DNA from: Oikopleura dioica
Lineage: Eukaryota > Animalia > Chordata
Assembly (NCBI GenBank): GCA_907165135.1
Contig: OU015567.1
Coordinates: forward strand, 13,268,001-13,332,000
DNA: 64,000 nt
Direction: 5' to 3'
Below are positions 38,001-50,400 of this stretch, piece after piece. The translations under genes were made by a program, and so were the position numbers. The notes below the pieces were generated by a model. It had not been told where the DNA came from. It saw only the letters and a program-made list of their open reading frames with translations, and searched no databases. Within the stretch, counting starts at the first letter, position 1; each line of letters starts with the position of its first letter.

Positions 38001-40521
38001 CTCATAAAAACTGATCCGGTCAGGAACGAACGCCAAATGTCTCACTGCTCCTAATCCAGAGATATTTTAAGAAAGCAACCACTTCAAGCTAAGGGCGTTA
38101 TTTTTTTGACCTGCTCGAACAATACCAATATTTCCCGCCGTAATCCTCCCAGCAAGCCACTTGCAAAGTGCCCGCGATTTTTTAGAACAGCCAGAAATGC
38201 AAAAAGAGCAAGGGCGTTGGCAACACGAAAAATCTTTCAATAAAGAATCTGAAAAATATTTCATTTATAAATTATAAAATAAAGTAAACGCGTCTTGAAT
38301 GAGCAGTAAATGGCTTGTTTGTTGTTTTAATATTTATGCATCGAAAATGATGAGAAAGGAAAAGAGAGGAGCTACAACCAAGAGCTTGACATTCCGCGGT
38401 ACCCCAGTCTTGAAGTCTTCCCTCAACGCTTCCGGCCCATTAGAAAACCAAGGCTCGAGAGCCGATTCATATGTAGAGCTGGCTATTCCCAAAACAACAG
38501 CGCATCCTGCTTACTGTAATCAGACTCTCTTTTAAAAATAATCAATCGTAAATTTTCCATTATTTTATTTGTTGATTGTTCAGATCATCGAAAACGATAT
38601 CGGAAATACGAGTATGGATTTGAATTCAGCCATTTGAGTTGAAGATATATTTCTCCACGCACCCTAGAGCCTAATCTTCAGTTGATTGTCATTGAGTAGC
38701 TACGGAATCAGGGCGGTTTTGGCGATTTCGGGCGGCGAAGGGGCCTCGCGCTCTACAGCGTCACAAGTGGGCCGCTCGCCGAGCGCTAACGCTTAGTTGT
38801 TAAAATCGCCCATTTTGGTTATTCCTCGCCCTAATTTACAACCCTCAAATATAAGAGGTGTTCTATTTGGATAAGTCAAAATATAAACAGGATTCACAAT
38901 AAATTATTCTCACATAATAAGTTACTCTCGTAACTCATCAATTAATTATTGATATTCAATGTTAAACAAATCGGTTAGAATTTCTTTGAACATTTTTGAA
39001 AGCGCGGCTTAAATACCGTATTTCTGAAAAAAAAAATCGGGAGCGAAAAAAGACTAAAATATGAATTGAACTTGAAAATTGAACCGTGGCGACCCTAGAC
39101 GCTATTAGCGCTGGGGCCCGCTGTGTGGATCTTGTACCACACGCGGTAAATACCTTTGGCCAAAGATAATACTGTTAAAACGAAGTTTATTCGAAGTAAT
39201 TGCTCGAATATCAACCAGTTAAAGATAAGAGTATGAAGGCCTTATCTTTCAGTATTCTCGAGAAGAAATACAATTTGATTAATTTCATGAATTCTTTTAA
39301 AAAATGAAAGCGTAAAAGGAGAATTGAGATCTTTATCGCAGCTTTTATACATCATCAAAGAAAAAGAACATTATGAGAACTCTTGAGAATCTTTAACTTC
39401 ACTTTTTGTATCATTTTAAAATTCATAAGAAAAAAGTTTACAGATTTTTTTATCAAAATTGTGGATGACACTTGTCAATTAAGAGATTTAACTTTTTAAC
39501 TGTTGAGAAATCTGCCTTTTGCGTTTTGGTATCCACAAGGTGGAGCGGGTCGTTGGAGGTGTTTTCCTCAGTCAGCAGATTGGCGCGATGCGTGTTTCAG
39601 CGAAGTTGCGCGGAGGTGCGCGCTGGTCTGGTGCTCCGCGGCGAGGAACGAGGAAACATGCTGCAGTAGGGCGGAGCTAAGCGCGCTCTCCGCCACACGC
39701 CCAGCAGTGTGGTGCCGCCGCGGCTAAAAGATCGCTCAAACCCGCACTCCTCCGCCAAACAGTATCCGCTTTAGCCCTACTCCAGCCACAATTCAACTAA
39801 AGCGACTCAGCACAGATTCACTGTAACACTTCAGTTCTTCTCTGTGTTAAAAAGATCAATAATTGGTCTCTGAACTGGATAATCTTCCACCTAAAAAAAT
39901 TTAAGCAAGAGGATGTGGTTTTCGTATCGTGGTTTTTCTGCGAGAACTTCTTTTTCAACAAAATTTTTCAATGAAAGATCTGAAGTGGAGCGCTCTTTTC
40001 TCAGAGTATTTTTGCAATAACGATAAAATTTCAGAGCCGCGACCGCTAATTCTAGTGTGCGGAAAAACTGAGCATAAAAGCATCTTAACGATAAATGAAA
40101 AAGCCAGGGGATCTTTTTACGATGTAGTTCTGGAACGTGAAACTTGTCAGGATTCAGACGTTTTGTGGTTTTTGTAGATCTATTTACGTAAAACTATAAA
40201 ATGTATTGTCAAAATAAGCATCTGACTGTTTTTAACAAGTAAGATCAAGCAAAGATGTCTCTCTTCCATGATTTCAAAGATGAAAAAAAAATAAAAATAT
40301 ACATCTTCTTATGCCAAAATTGATAAGTAATAAGGTTGACAATTGGGAAGGTGTAAACGAAAAACTTCTTTTTTTACTTTTAAAAGTACTCAGCGCGCGG
40401 AGGAACATTGCACAACGTAAATATTGAATCGATCCTGAAGAACAACGCAAGTTTTTCATTGGCTGGAACCGAGCCAATAGTCCTTCGATCATTATTTTAG
40501 AATTCCTCTCCACAACTAGAG

Positions 40522-42948
40522 ATGAGAAGGAATAAAAATAAGAAACATTTTTATATAGCCAAAGCTTTGGGTCCCAATTGGTCGAAAAGGATAAAAAAAT
40601 CCATCATCTCTGACTGGCTGTTTAAACTTCTACCAACGCTGAAGAGAAATACAACTCGCACTGAAAAATGCAGACTTATACTTTCTGTTGAAAGAGGCGA
40701 GTATCCTGGCGCGGATTATGCTGCTATTTATTGGACCTTTTTCAACTTTGAAACTCGCGAAGTAGGCTCACTTTGGAAGATAAACGATGGAGAAGAAGAA
40801 AAACTCGCTAGTTTCTCGACAACAACTTTTCAAAAATATCTTCTTGACCGCAACCCGAGATTCATCAATACAAAAATTTTCCGAGAGGAACTAAGGCCTG
40901 AACTTGGTTCTTGGGACACTTCTTGTAGGGACAGTTCCGGTGGAGAATCGATAATTGGCAATGAAAACGACCAATTTGATGCTTTTTACCGAGTTCAGCA
41001 TTTCGATCCGTGTCTTTTTACGTCTGAACTTCAAGCTGACGATCTTGAATTTGTTATTCACCAGCCTAACGGTAAAATTATAAAGGTTTTCTATCCATTT
41101 ATTAAAAAGTTAAGAATACAGAAAAGCGACTGGAACTGTAAGGTTCTTTGATCATTTAGCAATAAATCCATCTGACTTGGATAACGAAGATGACTGCATC
41201 CCAATTCATCCAAATGTCATCAAAAACTTCGCGAATATCGAAATTTTCTTGAAGTCGGATTCTGATAAAAGCGATTGTCTCGGATGGATAACGATCATGG
41301 AAAGAGGACAAAACAGAAATTTAAGAAGCCGTTTGCGATCTGAGTCTTTGACAATCGAGCAACGACGGGAAATCGCGATACAAGTACGGGCAGGACTAGA
41401 CTATCTGGCACTTATTGGGATAAAACATTGCGATCAGAAACTTGAAAACATTGTTCTCGTTGGTCGAGATCTAACTCCTAAATGGATAGATTTTGGCGTT
41501 GTTTACGATCACTCGGGCCGCACGGGATATCGAGAAATGGGTTATGTTCGAAGAGGAGACAAGTTCCGATACTGTCAGAGTCTCTCAGCTGCGACTCCAG
41601 GATTTTGTAGAGTCAGTAAAGTTTTGGGAAACCCGAAATACAATCATCGTGATCGTCCCATAAATAAGACTCTTATTGAACAGTTCGATCAAGAAATCGA
41701 AAAATTTGATTGTGGCATGGACTATTACTGGTATCATGATCCCCTCAGAGACATAGACAGATATCACACTGGGAAAATTGAAATACCGATTTTAGTTTTT
41801 CTTTTCTGTGATTGGAAGACAGCATGGAATCTTCTTTTCCGACCAACAACTGAATTAGAAGATGCACATATTCTCACACTACTTGAGCGTTGTAATCTTT
41901 TCTGGCTTGTTCATTTATCTCCAGACTCGAATAATATACCCGATGCGGCCTTTAGAAGTGTGAGTTCTGTTTTTTCTCTCCCAAGAAATGATGCAAGTTT
42001 CGTTCTGGACAGTAATATCACGAAATCAATTCAAATGTCAGAAATGAAGTTTGAATTTACGACGTTCTTCCACGAAGGTTTTCAGAATATCACAAAGCAT
42101 GTTGTTGATCAAAAAGACTCAGCTTTATGTGTACCAGTATGTGTGGCAAATCTACTCTGTAGTGCGATTCTAGAGTGCGTTAAAACGAAGAGACTTCCTA
42201 GCTATCTTCATGAAGATTGTTTTGATGTTGAAAAAGTGAAAGAAGCTTTCAGCTTCACAAGAATCTTTCACTTCATAACATTTTTGATATATCCAAGAAG
42301 CCTGGCTGGCATGAACTTGAATCCTAATCTTGATGAAATTCAGAAGCAGTATTCACAGCGTATCGAAGGTATCTTGGAAAGTTTAAAGAATGGACCTTAT
42401 GCCCGAATGCCTATGTGGAATTGGATGTTGGGCGCCATTGGAAAGCATTATCTAGATCGTCATTTTCTTTTTGACAGTAAATTGATTTTTCATAGAGGTT
42501 TGTGAAAAAAAAATTTCTAATGATTATTATTAATTTATATTTTTCTTAAGTTCAGTTACACAGAAGATTCAAATTCAAACGCCCACTTACTGTTACCGCC
42601 GCTCTCAAAGACGAAAATGAATTAATACAGCATCAAATGATCATTGACAGGGTGGAGGATACGGAATATGTACTACAAAATACCCAATCTGACGAAAATA
42701 ATGATGTTGAGATCCGTATTCCGTTATCTCGAGAATACTACAGCGAAACTTGTACTCACGAAAGATTTCCCCGAAAGGTAATTTCTTTCTTCGCCATGGA
42801 GCCAAACTGTTGGTACCTCTATCCGTACGCTTATTCTATTGAAATCGAGTTGGACAAAGAGGAATCTTCTGACGAAGGCTTACTTTTATTTCAACATACT
42901 CTCCGACTTCTTCATAATCTCGCCGAAGAAGACGACGAAGAAGAATGA
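40522..42948 (+). CDS. Divergent protein kinase fused to a C-terminal papain-like (clan CA) domain, 776 aa
   Basis: Exons 40522-41071, 41115-42497, 42551-42948 (GT-AG, in frame, 2331 nt). Kinase motifs HPNVI, HCDQKLEN, IDFG. C-terminal DQKDSALC, HQMII and YVLQN. Confidence 0.8.
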
Positions 42949-43086
42949 GCAACTTTTTCCTGCAAAATAAAAATGAAAATCCGATTTACTTTGCTATTAT
43001 TTTCATTAGTAAAGTTACCCGCGAATTGTATAAAAATAATCTCTTTATTATAATAAAATATTGTCGGTATAAATGAAAAGCTTAGT

Positions 43087-44335
43087 TTATGAAACATATT
43101 GAAGAATATTACAGTTGGATAGCTTTAGTTTCTGCACAAGTTCTGTTGCGCGAGTCTTGATCGAGTCGTTCGGTTCACCGATTCGTTCGCTAAACCAAGC
43201 CAGGGTTGTGAGTGCTTTTGCGGTGCTCTGAGACTCGGCTGAGATTGATTCCATCGTCTTAAAATTGATATGAGTATTTGTAAAAGAGTTATAAAGTTAC
43301 TTCTGCAATCGCCTTGAGCATGTTAAAAGTCTCGCCCTTTTCTAACACCGGAATATCCAAATTCTCATCTGCCAAAAGTTGAAGCCAGCAGTCGAGCGTC
43401 CTCTCGTAGAAACTAATCGCAACTTGCATCATTCCTGGATTTCGGGCGGCCATATTCGCCAAGTTGAAATATCCACAAGCGGCGCCGATTGATTCTGTTC
43501 CAGCCCACAGCGAAGCGTAAAATACTTGTTCTGCGAATAGTCTTAAAAACCAAATTTGTCTATCTTTTGATATCCCAAAATTACCTTGATGCATCTTCAG
43601 TATTTCCCTTGGCTGCTTCAAGCAATCCCATGGCCCGGTAAAGCCGAGAAAAGACTTGGTTAATTGTCTCATCTTCTTGATTACGTTTGATAACCCAGTT
43701 CGCTTTTTGCAGGTGCTGGTCCGCTTCACGGTGTTTGTTAAGTCCGATGCAGATTTCCGCCAAAAGAGTGTACGCTGGTATTAATCGCAAATCGTTCACT
43801 CCGTAAATGTCGCCCGCTAGGACGAGAAACTGTTGAGCTGCGAGCAAGGCATGAGCGTGATTTCCTGACTGTAATAATGCTGAAAACAGTTAGCATTAGA
43901 ATTCCGAGGCCTCAGAATACCTAAAGCTGTGACGGTAGAAAGCTCCAATATTTTTTCCTGTTTCATTAGTAAATTCTCTTGATTCATTCTGGCTTTTGTT
44001 GATGATGTGATAAATGTTGTTGCCTAAAATAATCGTCTAATCTGCCGTTTTCTTCCTTGTTTTCAGTGAGTAAGTTGAAGACTTACTGATGTTTTGATAG
44101 ATGAAGTTTTTTTCTTCTCAGCAAAGGCGGCCCGGGAAAGTAAGGATTCCAAGTACTCGGGATACAACTGCCCGATAGCTTCTCCTATATTCGTTTCACC
44201 CAGGGCCTTGGTTTCGCCCAAGATTTTGGTCAATTTCAAAAGGCAGACAGATGCTTCTGCCAATCGGCGCTGCTTAACTGTCCCATCTCTTGCTTGTCTA
44301 ATGCAGTGATTTGCGAGTCCCTCATCGAAAGTCAT
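43087..44335 (-). CDS. ZMYND12: ZMYND12-like TPR/helical axonemal protein, apparently lacking the MYND finger
   Basis: LLQSGNHAHALLAAQQFLVLAGDIYGVNDLRLIPAYTLLAEICIGL...HLQKANWVI...SRLYRAMGLL...VFYASLWAGTESIGAACGYFNLAN parallels vertebrate ZMYND12 as recalled (LYGLSSVELVPAYLLLAEASLGL...SLLHRNLGLL...GGYFHLAN). Confidence 0.75.
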
Positions 44336-44431
44336 TCTGAAAGTTAAACATTTGAAGGAGAGAAAATATAATTGTTGAAAATAGATTATATTTATTATAA
44401 AAATAGAGATTATACAGGTGAAATAAAGGAA

Positions 44432-47400
44432 TTAGTAATCAAGAGAACACATGAGCGCAGTAGCGCGTCGAATCCAATGATTTTCGTCCTTGTCGGTCGG
44501 CAGCTCGACTGGCATGACGAAGTTGGTGGAGTGACCAGTCGTCGAAAGAGTACCAGCTCGAGTGATGGTCTTGTAGATCGGACAGGTGTAGATTCCAGAT
44601 TCTTTCTTTTTGCGATTTGGAACTGGGATCAAATGCATCGCAGCCATATCGGTGTAGAGCTCCTTTGGACGCGATTCAGCAAGCTAAAACGATTGATTAA
44701 AACCGCTCTTGCAAATCTAAATCTTACAATCTGTTTGTCTACATCCCAAATAGCCGCTTCCAAGAACAAGCCTCTGATGTAACATCCATCATCTGGCGCC
44801 TTCTGAACACGCTCCCATTCATCAAGCGGACCGGGAAGGACAGCAAAGTCGAATCCAATCGTATGAATAGATACTTGCACTTTTCGTGCAAAGTTCTGAA
44901 GAGTACCAGTGATGAAAGCTTGTGGGAAGAAGAATCCGGAGATCCAGAAGACAGCTGGGGTACCGTTGTCGACCCAATTTTGGATAAACTGGCATCGCTC
45001 AACAAGATCTTTTACCCATGCACCGAGGGGCTTGAGGGATGGATACGCGCATTTTGACCAGTTCGCTGGGACTTGATTGTCGAAGAGAGAGTTGAACATC
45101 TTTTCAAGTGCATCAGACATAACAACGAGACCTAAAATAAATTATCAATAGAATAAGATGTTAGTTATGAGCTTCAAGTAATTGAGATTTTACATTTGGT
45201 ATTCTGTTTTCATGCTTATTTTTTTATAATTGGTGGTGGGATTTGTACCGAGCATGGTTTATCCGGAGCGATGACACCCCCAGAAGGGGAACACTGCCCA
45301 GAACAGGAATATGCCCGGCTGGCGGCGACCGTGCTTCCGAAGAAGCAGGGAGTCGCCACACGTTAATTCTCGAGACTGCGACCTTGACATCACATGTGGT
45401 CTTAGATTTGACCGACGCCAAATTGCCGCTCGGGCAGACTCAACGAACAGTTCAAGCTCGTCGAGGGCACACCCTCGCCTCGAAAGCTTATTGGCCAAAA
45501 ATAATTAGAAATAGTTCAAGAACATATGCCGATTATGGTTTCTAGCGTTTTACTAATTTATCATAGCTTTTACTTTTTAGGCCGACATTAAATTTAAAGA
45601 CGCACGCTGTTCTCACAATAAAGCTAGAAATTTACCTTTGATAGCCATTTGCATCTGGCTGAGCGAGCTCTTCATGACATTCAGCAATTTATTGAATCTT
45701 TCTGCTTCTTGTTGCAGAACAGTATTCATGGATTCTTCATACATGACTGGGTACTTATTCATGATTCCTTCCAAGTCGAATACAGGTGGTAACTGGCCTT
45801 GAATCTCCGTTGCAAGCTTGGAAACCACGTCTTCTCGTGAAATACCACCAGAAGCGGATCGCGGCTGGAGGGCGAGAAGAGTGTTGAGGAGGAACATAGT
45901 CTGATTGTTGGCGTAAGCGATATCAGCGTTATCGTGAAGGCCGAAAACATCTGGCTTGTCGTTGATCGGCAAAGTTCTGTAGTAATTCATGTAGTCGGCG
46001 AACTCGGACTCGGCTGGATCGATTTGAACGAAGATTTCGGACGGATCGAAAATGTAGCCTGTCTCGAGAACGGCGGGCTTGTAGAATTCACCAAGGATGG
46101 ACATCATGCATCGTCGATCCCAATCGTCAGTAACACGACCTAAACAAGAATGTTATGTGTTGAAAGAATTGTGGTTTCTTACCTCCGTAGTTGATGTGAC
46201 CGGCTGTGTAAGTCAAAACCTTGTAAGGCACTTCTGGCTCGTATTCATCCAAGAACATTCGCAACTGCGACTGACAGATTCGAAGATCTCCATCCGTAAA
46301 TTCGTACGGAATGTTGAAACCGAGGGAGCCATACTTTCTGCGCTCAAGGAGAACACCGTGCACCATGCAAAGAGAGAAGAGGAGAGTCTTGAAGATATTT
46401 GGCGTCTTGCACGCTTCGAGGAAGTCATCATCGACAACCATGGTCGTGTACGCCTTGAGCAGATTGGCTTTGATTCCACGAGGAGGCTCCATCGTCATTT
46501 TAGAGCCATTCTGCAGGACAGAGACCGGGAACTTGTTCGAAGGCATCGAAGTCAGCCAAATTCGGAAATCGCGATGAACAAATTCAGGGGAGATGTTTTC
46601 AATCAGTCGTTCCAAGCTAGGCATCCAAGATGGCGCCAAGTGACAGTTCTGGAAGAATACCCACTGTCCTCGTTCCATCGCTGATTTCATCAAAGCTTCG
46701 GCGATCGGGCCCTGACCTTGGCCGAGCGAGATCGAATTCATTTTCTTGGTGAATTTCTTTGCCTCTGCGAATTTGTGCAAATCAGCAGCAGGATCTGTAC
46801 CGGACGAGAGGACGAAAATAAGAGCCGATGTTGGGGAGGATTCTGCGAATACCTCAGCCAAATCAGTGCTCTGCGGCTCGATGAATCGTTGGCCAAGATT
46901 AGCTGCGACGTAGTCTTGAACTGCGTTCGTAATTTTGTCCGACCGAAGCATTCTCAACACGATCATTTTCGCGAGGCCATCGTTGAGTTCTTCTTTGACG
47001 GGCATGTCCATTTTGTGCGGGTTCGGGTTTTCATAAATTTGACGCCAGACGTCTTCTTTCTCAATAAACTCTTGCGGGAATCCTTTGAATCGATCAATCG
47101 AGTATTCCATTTGAAGAAGCTCCATCCATGATTTGTCTGGAACCCATTCGGGCTTTTTCAACTCCGATTCGGGCAACGCAGCTGAGCCTGCAAGAAGATA
47201 TCGGAATTCCATAGGATTGATGACTGCATCGTTGAGTTGAATGCGAATGCAGACGAGGAAGGCAAACATGAGCTTGTGTCTTTCGAAGAGGGATCGACAG
47301 ACGTTGCAATAGAGCGAGAATGTCATGAACGAGTTGATATTTGCAATTCGCTCGTCGATGTCGTCTGATCGCTCGGCGTTGGCGATCGCGTTGACGAAGA

Positions 47401-50400
47401 TGTTAACGTACCAATCAAGCGAGTATTGGTACATCGGATCGACGTTGGACAAATCGGAGACGCAGAAGAATAAGATCTGCGATCGGACAGCGACGGGGAT
47501 GTATTTCATTCGAGTTTCGTCGATTTCCTTCTCCGTGATTTCTGCCGCAGCGACCTTGGCCTTGATTTCTTTAGATTTGGCGTTCGAGGCTTCTAGCGCT
47601 TGGATGAGATCCACATCGTCGACTGGGTTTCCTTGCGAGTCGGAAAGACGTTGGAGAATTTCGTCCTCGATCGACTTAAGTTCTTGCTTCATATTCGCAT
47701 TTTGCACGATGAGCTGGTTCTTGGCTTCTTCCAAATCCGGTCGTTCTTCTGCCACAACGCGGCCGAGCAGCTGATCTTCCAGTCCAGACGGAGCAAGAGT
47801 AAAGTTAATGACGGTGACCTTTGTGGAAATTTCGGGCGTGTAGTGAGGATTGGGGAGCTTGGAGGTGAGGTAAAGCTTGAAATCGTCGTGGTAGGGAATC
47901 ACAGCATCTCCCAATTTGATCGCGTTCCATCCCTGCTGCTTGAAAATCTGCTTCAGTAGAATCGGCTCCAGCGCAGGATCGAGTTCTTCTTGCACATTCT
48001 CTAAGAGAACGGGCTTTCCGAAACGCACGGCGTTTTCGAGGGAGCGGAGAAAGTCCTTGTCGGTGAGTTTTAGCACGTCGAGTTGGTTCTTTTTCTCCAG
48101 TTGCTTGATCCATTTGTTGGCTTGGCCCTAACGAAGAGTTGAAATATTGGATTCACTTTTCAGTGTCTATATTATTTCGTTTTTAGTGAAAAACTTGTCT
48201 GGTTTTTTCTTTATAAAGAAAATTATTGACGAGAAATTCTGAGTTCGCAAATTTACTACTCCTTTCCTGAGGGTCGATGAATAGCGGCCATCGCTTTGTA
48301 TACTGCGCAACAATGGCATTTGCCGTCGACAAAGAGTCCCTCGGCAAACCGTAGATCTGCCAGTTGCGGATTTTCACTGGGTCGCCATAAGCAGCGACGA
48401 GATCGGGTTGATCCGTGCGGGGCACTCCCCGCTTGTCGATGAATTCAGTCCATTCTTTGACGAGATCAGCTCGGAATTCACCCGTGAAGGGGCCAAGATA
48501 GGCGATTGTTCCGGCAGAAACGAGGACATCTCCAGCCAAATGATCAAGTTGATGATTCAATCTGAAGAGGAAATGTTTAGCTCCCTATTTTAAAATGAGG
48601 AAAAACAGTAGCCTCTGGACGAAATGTGTCACTGGCCAGATACAGCCGGAGTCCAAAATAAGGGACTTTTTTTGGTCCCGAATTTTCGAAAAAAAGTCCC
48701 TTAAATTGGTTCAATTTAACATAGAAAACATACAAATCGGGGCGCAGATTTTAGGCATTTCGAGCCAAAAAGTCCCTTATCTTGGTGTCCCTTATTTTGG
48801 ACTCCGGCTGTAGGTGTGACAATAAGGTCACAAGACAGTTAAGGTCATTTCTATATAAGTGGGACAAAATATCCATCAGGCGCAAAAAGCGTGATCTTAG
48901 GGAAGCGAATTCTAGTTTTTACGGTTCGAACCGGCTCGAAACGGATTTTCGTATTTCAACGAAAAAGTTCATTGAACGCAAATATGAAAATGTAACATAA
49001 GATACAGGTAGAATGACCTCTGAACAAAGTCGAAGAAGGAATTTAAAAATATTTGAACGGCTTTCAAAATGGAAAATTCCCAAAGTTCAACAGTGATTCT
49101 TTCTTTTCTGTACATTTTTGGAATCTTAAGAGATTTGGAGTAGATAAAAAGAAAATATTTTTATGATTTTTAGAAACGAAAATCGATTTGTTTTGACAAA
49201 ATGCTCGATTATAAGAAAAATAATTAATAAGGAAAGCTTTGAAATATAATTTTAAAAGATAAAAAACCGAAAGTATTAAATTTGCTAATAGAAATATGAA
49301 AAAAAAAATTCAGTATAGAAAATTTCACTTCTCAAAAACATTCTTGAATTTTCCATCGACTGGGTATTTTCCATTGAAACCAGTTGGGACTAGTCTCGTT
49401 GAGACGGGCCAATGAGCGTTCGAGTTGAGCGCGAACTACCAGACCGGCGCTAAACGCGCATTTACCAGACCAAAAAATTACCAGATCGACTCTGGTCCTC
49501 AGTTGAAGCAGTTCATAAATAAACGCACGAAGACCTTATCCTCATCCGCAGAAGAAAAAAATCAGATCGTGGGAAAAACCCTCACTCGACAACCTACTGC
49601 AGTCATAAAACAACTGTAAACCACAAAACAAAAATAACACCAAGAATATCTTCAGAAGGCAACAAAGTTCGCAAAGTTCGAAAATTCGAATAGAGACAAA
49701 AGAGAAAGAAGCAAAAGAGAACTTCGAAAAAATGTGCAAGATTTCGAACAAGATGATCAAGCTCTCGAAAATGTCCAAAACCGACGTTCAAGTGTTTTTG
49801 ACGAATCGACGATTCGAGGAACATTTGGTGAGTTCTGGTTGTTTTTTTAGACCGAGCGGGTGGGTTTTATCGAAATTTACTGAAGCGAATCTTTGCCGAT
49901 GAAAATAGAATTGAGGCAAATATGAAAATTTTTCGTCATTTTTGCTGAAAAATCTGGCTTATCGCCAATGTAAAGTGTGAACGAGAGTTTTTATACCGGT
50001 ATTGTTCAAATTTACTGTAAAAAAGCTTTTATTTCTAATTCGCAAAATTCTTAATTGACCGGAATGTTGAGCTCATCAAAAGTCAACCGAGATGAACCCA
50101 TCTTTTTTGTTGATAAAGCGCTATGTCTAAGTAATAAATCATTATTGCCCCCTTCTGTTTCTTGAATAATTTTACGAATTTCCATATTTAGGAAGTATTT
50201 CGAAATTGCAACGGATCGACGCTTCTGAAGCTCCCGCGAAAGTTCATCATCGACAAGTGCGGCGTTGCTGATGGAATTCGCCTCTACAACATTTTGCAAA
50301 CGCACCAGAAAAATGAACAGCTGCGGAAAGCGGCTAGAAAGCGGTCAGAGTCCTACAGGCCTTACAATAATGAAGATCCGATGAGCTCTTCCGACGAGTC

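Noticed and set aside
39540-39760. GC-rich stems with GGGCGGAG...CTCCTCCGCC resembling RNase P RNA ends
   Set aside because: The CR-I and CR-V (P4) motifs were not found; better explained as a promoter island.
48920-48940. GGTTCGAACC T-loop-like motif
   Set aside because: No cloverleaf or A-box upstream.
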